NCBI GenBank assembly: GCA_963842185.1
Contig: CAWJFL010000016.1
Location: 449,127 to 513,126 of the forward strand
Direction: 5' to 3'
DNA from: an uncultured Verrucomicrobiae bacterium
GTDB taxonomy: Bacteria > Verrucomicrobiota > Verrucomicrobiia > Palsa-1439
DNA length: 64,000 bases
Shown here: in pieces, positions 56,468 through 64,000 of the stretch
Position numbering within the stretch: position 1 is the stretch's first letter
How the letters are laid out: each line of letters starts with the position of its first letter
Translations under genes and position numbers: made by a program
The notes under the pieces: generated by a model
Databases searched by the model: none
What the model was told of the DNA's origin: nothing
Seen by the model: only the letters and a program-made list of their open reading frames with translations

Positions 56468-57478
56468 CTAGACCAACAACTCGGCGATCTGCACCGCATT
56501 CAACGCGGCGCCCTTCAACAATTGGTCCCCGCTGACGAACAGATCGATTCCGCGCCCGTCATCCCGCGATACATCCTGCCGAATCCGGCCCACGAGACAA
56601 TCATACATTCCCGACGCGTCAATCGGCATCGGGTACTTTTTGTTGGCGGGGTCGTCCACGACCTGGACGCCGGGCGCCTTGGATAGAATCGCACGCGCCT
56701 CGGCGGCGGTGATGGGGCGTTCAAACTCGATGTTCACCGCCTCGCTATGAGCGCGGTACACGGGCACGCGAACGCAGGTGGCGCTGATCTTCAGCGTCGG
56801 ATGGTGCATGATCTTGCGGGATTCGTTGAGGAATTTCATCTCTTCCTTGGTATAGCCGTTGTCGAGGAAGACATCCACGTGCGGGAAAAGATTAAACGCA
56901 ATACGTTGCGGGAGCGCCTCCGCTTTCACATCGCTCTTGCCGTGCAGCAACAGATGAGTTTGTTCCTCGAGTTCCGCCATCGCTTTGGCGCCCGCGCCGC
57001 TGGCGGCCTGGTAGGTGGAAACGATGATGCGTTTCACAGGATTCGCCTTGTGCAATGGGTAGACGGCGACCAGCATGATCGCGGTCGAACAGTTCGGATT
57101 GGCAATGATCCCGTTGTGCTTCTTCGCGTCCTCGGGGTTCACTTCCGGGACGACGAGCGGCACATCGGGTTCCATGCGGAACGCCGACGAGTTGTCGATC
57201 ACCACTGCGCCCTGTTTGGCGGCGCCATGAGCAAATTCCTTCGACCGCGATGCGCCCGCGCTGAACAGGGCAAAATCGGTGCCCTGGAACACGCCAGCTT
57301 TGAGCAGCTCGACACCCACGTCCGCACCCTTGAACTGGAGCTTCTTGCCCACGCTCCGCTCGGACGCGAACAAACGCAGATTCTTCACGGGAAACCCGCG
57401 TTTTTCCAAAGTTTGAATCATCTCGACGCCGACCGCGCCGGTCGCGCCGACAACTGCTACGCTATATCCTTGTGCCAT
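56468..57478 (-). CDS. asd: Aspartate-semialdehyde dehydrogenase
   Basis: Starts VAVVGATGAVGVEMIQTLEKR. Also ANPNCSTAIMLVAVYPL (active-site Cys), SGAG and the overall length of 336 aa. Confidence 0.95.
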   Translation of the reverse strand: MAQGYSVAVVGATGAVGVEMIQTLEKRGFPVKNLRLFASERSVGKKLQFKGADVGVELLKAGVFQGTDFALFSAGASRSKEFAHGAAKQGAVVIDNSSAFRMEPDVPLVVPEVNPEDAKKHNGIIANPNCSTAIMLVAVYPLHKANPVKRIIVSTYQAASGAGAKAMAELEEQTHLLLHGKSDVKAEALPQRIAFNLFPHVDVFLDNGYTKEEMKFLNESRKIMHHPTLKISATCVRVPVYRAHSEAVNIEFERPITAAEARAILSKAPGVQVVDDPANKKYPMPIDASGMYDCLVGRIRQDVSRDDGRGIDLFVSGDQLLKGAALNAVQIAELLV

Positions 57479-57604
57479 GATGTGTTCCTCTATCCCATTC
57501 GGGGCGGTGAAGTATACTCATGTTGAGCCCAAGCGCAAGCCTGCCATGGAGGGTGAAACTCAGCAAGAAACGGGTCGCCGGCTGGCGAGTGTCGGGGTAG
57601 TGTC

Positions 57605-58525
57605 TTGTCAGTTGTGGAAGCGATACTGCCAGAAACAACCACCCGGAGCGAAACCGAGCCGCTTTCGCAAGCGGCGATGGACTACGCAAGGATCGAACAC
57701 GCCCTGCGTTTCCTCAATACGCAGTATCTCCGCCGGCCGACCCTCGACGAGATCGCGGCGCACATTCACCTCAGCCCGTTTCATTTCGAGCGACTGTTTC
57801 AGCGATGGGCCGGAACCAGCCCGAAACGGTTTCTTCAGTATCTCGCTAAGGAACACGCCAAGGCGATTCTGCAAGAATCGAGAAGTCTTCTGGATGCCGC
57901 GTTCGAATCGGGTCTTTCCAGCACCGGACGGTTGCACGATCTATTCGTTTCCTGCGAGGCGGTGACGCCTGGTGAGTACAAACGTCGTGGAGAGGGTGTG
58001 ACAATCGAGTATGGATTTCATCCGACCCCGTTTGGCGAATGCCTGTTGGCCACGACCGAGCGCGGCATCTGCGCCCTTCGGTTCCTGTCCACACCGTCAA
58101 AACAGGCGGCGTTTCGTGGATTACGCGCCGAATGGCCCGCTGCCGAACTTGTAGAGAACGATTGCGAAACCGGAGAGGTTTGCAGGCGGATTTTCAGTGG
58201 CGTAGCGAAGGATGTCAGCACGCCATTTCATCTGCATCTGCGCGGGACCAATTTCCAGTTGAAGGTATGGCAGGCGCTGTTGACGATTCCCTGCGGCAGA
58301 CTGGCGAATTACGGCGATCTGGCCGTGAAAATCGGGGCCCCCAAAGCGAGTCGAGCCGTTGGTTCCGCTGTGGGCCGCAATCCCGTTGCCTATCTGATTC
58401 CCTGCCACCGCGTCATCCGCAGCCTCGGCATCATCGGAGACTACCGTTGGGGCCGGGAACGCAAACAGGCCATCATCGGATGGGAAACGGCGCGGACTTC
58501 GCTTACGGGGCACAAGCGTGTCTAG
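57605..58525 (+). CDS. AraC-type HTH fused to O6-methylguanine-DNA methyltransferase (Ada/AdaA-Ogt-like)
   Basis: AraC HTH (LDEIAAHIHLSPFHFERLFQRWAGTSPKRFLQYL), then MGMT (TNFQLKVWQALLTIPCGRLANYGDLA..NPVAYLIPCHRVIRS). Start uncertain: TTG at 57605 or ATG at 57677. Confidence 0.88.
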   Translation: MSVVEAILPETTTRSETEPLSQAAMDYARIEHALRFLNTQYLRRPTLDEIAAHIHLSPFHFERLFQRWAGTSPKRFLQYLAKEHAKAILQESRSLLDAAFESGLSSTGRLHDLFVSCEAVTPGEYKRRGEGVTIEYGFHPTPFGECLLATTERGICALRFLSTPSKQAAFRGLRAEWPAAELVENDCETGEVCRRIFSGVAKDVSTPFHLHLRGTNFQLKVWQALLTIPCGRLANYGDLAVKIGAPKASRAVGSAVGRNPVAYLIPCHRVIRSLGIIGDYRWGRERKQAIIGWETARTSLTGHKRV

Positions 58526-58950
58526 TGAAACCGGTCTCTGACCTTTGCGAAGAAGGTTGGTGAAAGCAGACGGTTCATGTGCCTTGACCAGATATCCTCC
58601 GCCTTGAACTTTCTTTCGAGCTGGCGCTCTTCCTCACGCATCAACTCCAGCACACGGTCATCCTCCCCCTTCTCCAGCCAGAAACCGTGCTCTGAGCAAC
58701 AATCCATCTTGAGATCGTAGAATCGGTAGTCGAACTGTCTCAGCGCAACGGAGCAAACAGGACACTTAAGTTGCGTCTCCTTGCTAACGAGATAGAGCGA
58801 CCCTTTGTTCGGCTCATCAAAAGCTTCGTTCTCCAGTTGATCGAGTTCGCCCGGCGTAAGCCACATGCCCTGACAATTTGGACACGCCTCCACGTCGACG
58901 CCGCGATCCGTTTGGGCCTGAAGATCAACATTGCACTTGGGGCATTTCAT
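58522..58950 (-). CDS. Double zf-TFIIB-type zinc-finger protein
   Basis: CPKC..x..CPNCQGMWLTPGELDQL and CPVC..CCSEHGFWLEKGEDDRVLEL show the PF13453-like pattern twice. Confidence 0.72.
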   Translation of the reverse strand: MKCPKCNVDLQAQTDRGVDVEACPNCQGMWLTPGELDQLENEAFDEPNKGSLYLVSKETQLKCPVCSVALRQFDYRFYDLKMDCCSEHGFWLEKGEDDRVLELMREEERQLERKFKAEDIWSRHMNRLLSPTFFAKVRDRFH

Positions 58951-58982
58951 TGGGATGCAACCATACTCGAACCGCTTAACGG

Positions 58983-59045
58983 TTACAATACTGACGCCAC
59001 CAAATCGCCGACTTCCTTCGTGCCGCAGCCCATCTTGATGGCGAC
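58983..59045 (-). pseudogene. Displaced copy of the last 20 codons of leuB
   Basis: It translates as [20 protein letters not shown], against [20 protein letters not shown] at the genuine leuB end. A 39-bp exact core at 58999-59037 equals 59565-59603. Confidence 0.7.
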
Positions 59046-59047
59046 GT

Positions 59048-59338
59048 TCACTTCGGCGGAGTCTCGCGCACGAATGACCAAGAGACCTCGGCGGCTTCGC
59101 CGGTGTCGTATGTCACTTTGAAGTAACTGCCCAACTCTTCATCCACTTCCACGCGAACGGGAATGGCCTTTGTAGAGATCCGATTGGCTTTGCGGACGAC
59201 CGCCTGTGGCTCAAGAAAACAGAGGCCGTCTTCAAACTCCACATCGAACGCGTCTTCCCAGCCGAGAAAGCGCGCATGCTTGATGCGGGAGAACGACGAT
59301 TTGCCATATGGCTTTTTCAGATGTGCTGCTTGTTTCAT
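59048..59338 (-). CDS. DUF2442-like small protein (partner of the DUF4160 gene)
   Basis: 96 aa. The segment FDVEFEDGLCFLEP...VEVDEELGSYFKVTYDTGEAAEVSW resembles DUF2442. Its start overlaps the upstream gene's stop by 4 nt. Confidence 0.45.
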   Translation of the reverse strand: MKQAAHLKKPYGKSSFSRIKHARFLGWEDAFDVEFEDGLCFLEPQAVVRKANRISTKAIPVRVEVDEELGSYFKVTYDTGEAAEVSWSFVRETPPK

Positions 59339-59535
59339 AGACGGCCTTCGCGCTTCAGCGACTCAATAATCTTAACCAACTTTCGGTCGGGTTTCCAGTT
59401 CTCAATTCCTTTCATTCGATTCGTGTCCAAGCGCCCGATGAAACGTCCGTCACTGCCGTAAATGTGTACATGGCGCGGCACGTGGTCTCCAATAAACCAC
59501 TCAATGATGTAGCCTCCTCGCCTGATTCGGCCCAT
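59335..59535 (-). CDS. DUF4160-family small protein
   Basis: 66 aa. GGYIIEWFIGDHVPRHVHIYGSDG matches the DUF4160 core (..F.F....E...PHIHV..). Confidence 0.65.
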   Translation of the reverse strand: MGRIRRGGYIIEWFIGDHVPRHVHIYGSDGRFIGRLDTNRMKGIENWKPDRKLVKIIESLKREGRL

Positions 59536-59548
59536 GCGCTACCCGAGT

Positions 59549-60655
59549 TTAGACGGCCGCCGCGACCAAATCGCCGACTTCCTTCGTGCCGCAGCCCATC
59601 TTGCCGGCGGCGAGGGACTTGAGTTTTTCGCGGACGGTCTTGATGACGGCGGTTTCGATAGCGGCAGCGGCCTTGGTTTCTCCGAGGAAGTCGAGCATCA
59701 GGCCGCCGGCGCAGATCGCGGCGAGCGGGTTGATGACGTTCTTGCCGGTATATTTCGGCGCGCTGCCGCCGATGGGCTCGAACATGCTGGTGCCCTGGGG
59801 ATTGATGTTGCCGCCGGCGGCGATGCCCATGCCGCCCTGAATCATCGCGCCGAGGTCCGTGATGATGTCGCCGAACATATTGTCGGTCACGATGACATCG
59901 AACCACTCGGGATTTTTCACAAACCACATGGTCGTGGCATCGACGTGGGCATAATCGCGCTTGATATCGGGATACTCCTTCTGGCCGATTTCGTGGAACG
60001 CGCGTTCCCAGAGGTCGAATGCGTAGGTGAGCACGTTGGTCTTGCCGCACAAGGTGAGTTGGGCCTTCTTGCCGGCCTTGACATCTTCGGGTTTGAGGCC
60101 CTTCCACGGCTTGCCACCGCGGCGTTTACGGGCGAGCTCGAACGCGTAACGCAAGCAACGTTCCACGCCATAACGGGTGTTGATGCTTTCCTGCACGGCA
60201 ATCTCGTGCGGCGTGCCCTTGAAGACAAAGCCGCCGCTGCCCGTGTACAGACCTTCGTTGTTTTCGCGAATGACGACGAAATCAATGTCGTTCGGTCCCT
60301 TGTCCTTCAGCGGACAGAATCGCTCATCGTACAATTTGACCGGGCGGAGGTTGATGTATTGCTCCATCTCGAAACGCAGCCGCAGCAAGATCCCTTTCTC
60401 GAGGATGCCGGGCTTCACATCGGGATGACCGATGGCGCCGAGGAGGACGACGGGGAACTTGCGCAATTCGCCGACCGCGCTGTCCGGCAGCACTTCCTTG
60501 GTGCGCAGGTAGCGGTCGCCACCAAAATCGTAGTCTGTATAGTTGAGTTTGATGCCGAATTTCTTCGACGCGACGTCGAGGACCTTGATTGCTTCGCGAA
60601 CGACCTCGGGACCCGTGCCGTCGCCGCCGATAACTGCCACGTTGTAAGATTTCAT
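59549..60655 (-). CDS. leuB: 3-isopropylmalate dehydrogenase (isocitrate/isopropylmalate DH family)
   Basis: ATG is the complement of 60653-60655 within ORF 59549..60730. Contains [39 protein letters not shown] and [14 protein letters not shown]. Confidence 0.8.
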   Translation of the reverse strand: MKSYNVAVIGGDGTGPEVVREAIKVLDVASKKFGIKLNYTDYDFGGDRYLRTKEVLPDSAVGELRKFPVVLLGAIGHPDVKPGILEKGILLRLRFEMEQYINLRPVKLYDERFCPLKDKGPNDIDFVVIRENNEGLYTGSGGFVFKGTPHEIAVQESINTRYGVERCLRYAFELARKRRGGKPWKGLKPEDVKAGKKAQLTLCGKTNVLTYAFDLWERAFHEIGQKEYPDIKRDYAHVDATTMWFVKNPEWFDVIVTDNMFGDIITDLGAMIQGGMGIAAGGNINPQGTSMFEPIGGSAPKYTGKNVINPLAAICAGGLMLDFLGETKAAAAIETAVIKTVREKLKSLAAGKMGCGTKEVGDLVAAAV

Positions 60656-60788
60656 CGGAATACCTTTCGCCAAAAACCCGGCCTTTGTGGGCGGGAGTGG
60701 TGATTCTAAGCCCTGCGGAGTGGGTTGCAACCGAATTTTCTCTTCGCCACGCGGGCCGCGCGCCAGTACGATTCGGGAAGAGTTCCAG

Positions 60789-62444
60789 ATGCGTCACTTT
60801 GCGATGAAATCGGAAGAATCCAAATTTGGGACATGTTGGCTGGGGGCGTTGCTGTTTGTGGCGACTCTGGTTGTTTACGGCAACAACTGGCACGCCGCTT
60901 TCATCCTCGATGACGTTCCCTGGGTTCTCAAGAACCAGAACATCCACTCGCTCTGGCCACTCTGGATGCCGCTCCTGAACACGTCGCGCCCGGTCGTGCA
61001 ATGGAGCCTGGCCCTCAATTATGCGATGGGCGGTCTGAATGTGGTTGGCTATCACCTCGTCAACAACCTGATCCACGCATTGACCGCGCTTGTTTTATTT
61101 GGCGTTGTGCGACGGACGTTGCGGACGGAAAAACTCGGCCGGACTTTCGGTGATGCAGCGGACGGGGTGGGGTTCGCCGTGGCGTTGCTTTGGGCGTTGC
61201 ATCCGCTCGATACGGAAAGCGTGACCTACGTGATCCAGCGCTCGGAAAGCATGGCGGGACTGTTCGCTGTGTTTACGCTGTATTGTGTCGTCCGTGGGGC
61301 GACGGCGGAACGGGCAATCGCGTGGAATCTTCTGGCCGTACTTGCCTGCGCGCTGGCCGTGGGGTCGAAACCAGCGGCGATGGTGGTTCCCGCGTTGGTG
61401 CTGGCGTACGATTGGACGTTCCTCGTGGCGACGTGGTCGAAGCTGTGGCACAGACGCTGGCGGCTGTACGTCGGGCTGATGGCCAGTTGGTTGCTGGCCG
61501 CCGTCTTCCTCTCCGCCGGCAAACGAGAATGGATGGGGAGCGCGGGCGTGCTATCCGGTAGCCGCGCGATCACGTGGCTCGATTATGCGAGGCTGCAGCC
61601 CGGAGTCATTCTCCATTATTTGCGACTGAGCCTGTGGCCCGATCGCTTGTGTCTGCTGTACGGACGACCGCAGCCACCGACAGATTTGTTGTTGTGGGCC
61701 CAGTGCGGGGTGATGGCCGTTTTGCTGATCGTCACAGCGTGGTTGCTGGCTCGAAAGAGCGCGGCGGGGTTTCTTGGCGCATGGTTTTTTGTCGCGTTGG
61801 CGCCGACATCGTCCGTGATTCCGCTGCTGCACCTCGTGTTCGAGCACCGAATGTATCTCCCGCTCATGGCGGTAGTGGCGGTGGTCGTGTGCGCGACGTA
61901 CGCGACTGCCCGTAGACTTCCCGCGGCGGGTAAAGTGAGGAAGTGGCTTGGCATGGGAACGCTGGTGCTGGCCGCGTTCGCGTTGGGGGCGACCACCATG
62001 CGACGCAACAGGGATTATGGAACCGAGGTTTCCATTTGGCGAGACACGGCGCAAAAGGCGCCAACGAATCCCGACGCGCAATACGGTTTGGGGTTGGCGT
62101 TGGCAACTGCGGGACAAATCGACGAGGCGGGCGGAGCGTTTTCCGAGGCATTGCGGTTGAAGCCGGATTTTGCGCAGGCGCAATATGACTGGGGCCTGAC
62201 GTTGATGAAGGCAGGGAGGGAGACGGAAGCCCTGACGCATTTCACCGCGGCCATCGAGATCAATCCACGATTTGCGCAGGCAGCGGACGGGATCGGCGTC
62301 GTTCTCTATCACCAGGGCAAGCTGGAGGAAGCCATTCAGCGCTTTTTCGAAGCCACGCGACTCAACCCGGATGACGCCGAGGCCCAACACAATCTGGCCA
62401 TGGCATTGCACGAGCAACAACAGCGATCAGGGAACCAGAACTGA
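60789..62444 (+). CDS. Polytopic membrane protein with PMT_2/DUF1736-like N-terminus and C-terminal TPR repeats (TMTC-like putative glycosyltransferase)
   Basis: ATG at 60789 within ORF 60687..62444. N-terminal segment FILDDVPWVLKNQNI..GYHLVNNLIHALTALVLF, about 10 TM segments, and C-terminal TPR units (AQYGLGLALATAGQIDEAGGAFSEALRLKPDFAQAQYDWG...). Confidence 0.7.
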   Translation: MRHFAMKSEESKFGTCWLGALLFVATLVVYGNNWHAAFILDDVPWVLKNQNIHSLWPLWMPLLNTSRPVVQWSLALNYAMGGLNVVGYHLVNNLIHALTALVLFGVVRRTLRTEKLGRTFGDAADGVGFAVALLWALHPLDTESVTYVIQRSESMAGLFAVFTLYCVVRGATAERAIAWNLLAVLACALAVGSKPAAMVVPALVLAYDWTFLVATWSKLWHRRWRLYVGLMASWLLAAVFLSAGKREWMGSAGVLSGSRAITWLDYARLQPGVILHYLRLSLWPDRLCLLYGRPQPPTDLLLWAQCGVMAVLLIVTAWLLARKSAAGFLGAWFFVALAPTSSVIPLLHLVFEHRMYLPLMAVVAVVVCATYATARRLPAAGKVRKWLGMGTLVLAAFALGATTMRRNRDYGTEVSIWRDTAQKAPTNPDAQYGLGLALATAGQIDEAGGAFSEALRLKPDFAQAQYDWGLTLMKAGRETEALTHFTAAIEINPRFAQAADGIGVVLYHQGKLEEAIQRFFEATRLNPDDAEAQHNLAMALHEQQQRSGNQN

Positions 62445-64000
62445 TCGTGGTTGGGGCCGGCTTCTGCGCACATGGAGCGCGGTCGCAACGATGAAGCCGG
62501 CCAGAGACAGGATGGATATCCACGTTCCCATCCGAAACCCGATCGGTGCATATTCGATTTGGATATGATGGTGGCCTTGTGATAGCGGAATGGCCTGTAA
62601 AACGTAATTCGCGGGCAACACATCGTAGGCGTGCTGCGCGCTGCCGGCCAGCGGCCGGGCCCGCCATCCGTCGCTGTACGCGTCCGTGATCAACAGAATC
62701 GCTGGATGCGGCAGATCGGCTTCGACGGTCAGTTGGTTCGCGGAGGAATCGGTGAGTGTGACCGTCCCGTTCTCGGCGGAGGGTTGAGGCGCGGGATCGG
62801 GCTCGGTTTCGAGGATGACTTGTTGCCGCGGATCGAACGAGGGGGAGTCCATCGCCTGCAGGATTTCGTCGCGACCCGACATCACGCGGTATTGCTGCAG
62901 CAGTTGAAGGTGCGGCATGACCACGTTCCCTGTCACAACCTGGTCCCCATCCTTGTTGGCGAGAAAGGCGTAGCGCCAGCGCAACATCGCGTACAACGGA
63001 TGGAATCGCGAGAACTCAACGTATTGGTTGTCCCGTTCCGCAGGTTGCCCTTGCGTGAACGCTATGAATTCCGTGTAGCGTTTGAGCGTGAGGGGCGCGT
63101 ACCCCCAGACGTCTTCTTTCCCGAGCCACATGGCGACGTTGGGGATTTGTTGGTAGAAGATGCGATAATCTCCCGGACGTCGATCGAGAAAGGCCTTCAG
63201 TTTTGGCGCTTCCGTGTACGCCAGATCAAACGTGGCCAATGATGTTCTGCCGAAGACGAAGACCTCGGCAATTGCCACGAGCGCCGTCGCGTACACAACC
63301 CATCGGGAAGCTCCGGCACACAGCATCAGTCCGCTCAGAACCAACAATTCCACTGCCGCAACAAACAGACATCGTGAGGCGCCCTCCCCGGCCTGCCTTA
63401 CGAACGTCGGGTCGGCATAGCTCGCGGCCGGCAGGAACGATTCTTGTGCGGGGTGAGCGGTCTGCATTGCTCGCGTCCACCAGTTGGCCGGCTCCGGGGC
63501 GAGCGCCGCCGACCGAAGTTCCAACGCCCCGCACACAACAATGATGCCGGCGACGAACAAGCCCAGAGCCAACCATTTGTTTCCCCGTGGATCGCCAAGC
63601 AATCGATCCAGGCCGGCGCCCGCCAACATAACCATGAAGAGCGAGGCCTCAATGATAAATTTGGCATTGGCCCGGAACCGATCAAAGCCCGGCACCCCGT
63701 AGTAGAGGAACTCGAACAGCGGAGTATTCGCGCCGAGGGCCAACACCAACATGATTGCCAGTAGTGGAATCAGCCCGCGCCGAAGTTCCCGCCGACCACA
63801 GACGGAACCGTACACCGCCAGCGCCAGCCCGCTCACGCCGACGAACAAGCACGTTTCCCAGCGAGTCCAGCGACCCCAGTACGGCGCGTCGATCCCATTG
63901 CCGAAGAGTCCCGGGCCCAGCGCGGTGAGCAGGTTCTCCGGCGGAAAAGAAAATGTCCTAGCAAACTGATAAGTGATTCCGCCGCTACGGATGCTTTCGG
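62427..64000 (-). CDS. YfhO-like large membrane protein, 3' part (5' end lies beyond the window end)
   Basis: ORF 62427..63848 stays open upstream to 64000 in my translation (..ESIRSGGITYQFARTFSFPPENLLTALGPGLFGNGIDAPYWGRWTRWETCLFVGVSG..). It has many TM segments and a YfhO-type C-terminal domain (LITDAYSDGWRA..VLPANYVLQAIPLSQGHHHIQIEY). Confidence 0.62.
   Translation of the reverse strand, partial: ESIRSGGITYQFARTFSFPPENLLTALGPGLFGNGIDAPYWGRWTRWETCLFVGVSGLALAVYGSVCGRRELRRGLIPLLAIMLVLALGANTPLFEFLYYGVPGFDRFRANAKFIIEASLFMVMLAGAGLDRLLGDPRGNKWLALGLFVAGIIVVCGALELRSAALAPEPANWWTRAMQTAHPAQESFLPAASYADPTFVRQAGEGASRCLFVAAVELLVLSGLMLCAGASRWVVYATALVAIAEVFVFGRTSLATFDLAYTEAPKLKAFLDRRPGDYRIFYQQIPNVAMWLGKEDVWGYAPLTLKRYTEFIAFTQGQPAERDNQYVEFSRFHPLYAMLRWRYAFLANKDGDQVVTGNVVMPHLQLLQQYRVMSGRDEILQAMDSPSFDPRQQVILETEPDPAPQPSAENGTVTLTDSSANQLTVEADLPHPAILLITDAYSDGWRARPLAGSAQHAYDVLPANYVLQAIPLSQGHHHIQIEYAPIGFRMGTWISILSLAGFIVATALHVRRSRPQPRSVLVP

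Overview
This is a high-GC bacterial chromosomal window, mostly housekeeping genes with several small accessory islets that look more AT-rich by eye (GC was not computed). The gene repertoire (MORN, TPR, bactofilin, YfhO-like and zinc-ribbon-tagged proteins, GTAG-headed REP hairpins) suggests a PVC-type, Verrucomicrobiota-like organism; this is inference only.

Gene order:
- dnaA (5' part, minus strand, runs off the window start) with DnaA-box-like 9-mers upstream.
- glnB-glnA, a Hanks Ser/Thr kinase, a BON lipoprotein, tRNA-Leu(GAG).
- yebC-ruvC-ruvA, then an opposite-strand ptrB plus gspF-like block, then ruvB.
- An orphan ORF, then an FHA-DUF4388 protein.
- MFS, rluA-like, MIF-like and mtfA genes.
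- Two small membrane proteins plus a MetA-type OMP, then a prolyl endopeptidase.
- A CgeB-like glycosyltransferase plus an MsbA-like ABC exporter.
- A TPR protein and two bactofilins, then pepC and a secreted glycoside hydrolase.
- Zinc-ribbon/coiled-coil and TPR proteins, two MORN paralogs, a class IV aminotransferase.
- rpmH-rnpA-yidD-yidC-jag.
- A P1B metal ATPase with a ferritin-like protein and a wHTH regulator.
- An islet with a lipoprotein and a UDG-superfamily gene.
- A tetR-hlyD-ABC efflux operon.
- A Fic islet.
- HK-RR-(RR-PP2C)-NYN.
- asd and an AraC-MGMT fusion.
- A DUF4160/DUF2442-like pair inserted at the leuB 3' end, then leuB.
- A TPR/PMT-like membrane protein and a YfhO-like protein that runs off the window end.

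Main second-look items:
1. Three cases of duplicated gene ends: the glnA SD/start in tandem, an OMP 3' end flanking the endopeptidase gene, and a leuB 3' end flanking a two-gene module.
2. A REPIN-like doublet present twice in opposite orientation, plus other GTAG-headed hairpins.
3. A shared palindromic leader in front of two adjacent metal-related operons.
4. Sixteen single-base indels that break otherwise clear genes, 7 of them concentrated in the 3-kb efflux operon.
5. An islet-borne UDG-superfamily gene.

I found no CRISPR array, rRNA, intact IS or integrase, or prophage. Frameshift positions are hand-derived and good to a few bases. Homology statements rest on motif recognition, not searches.
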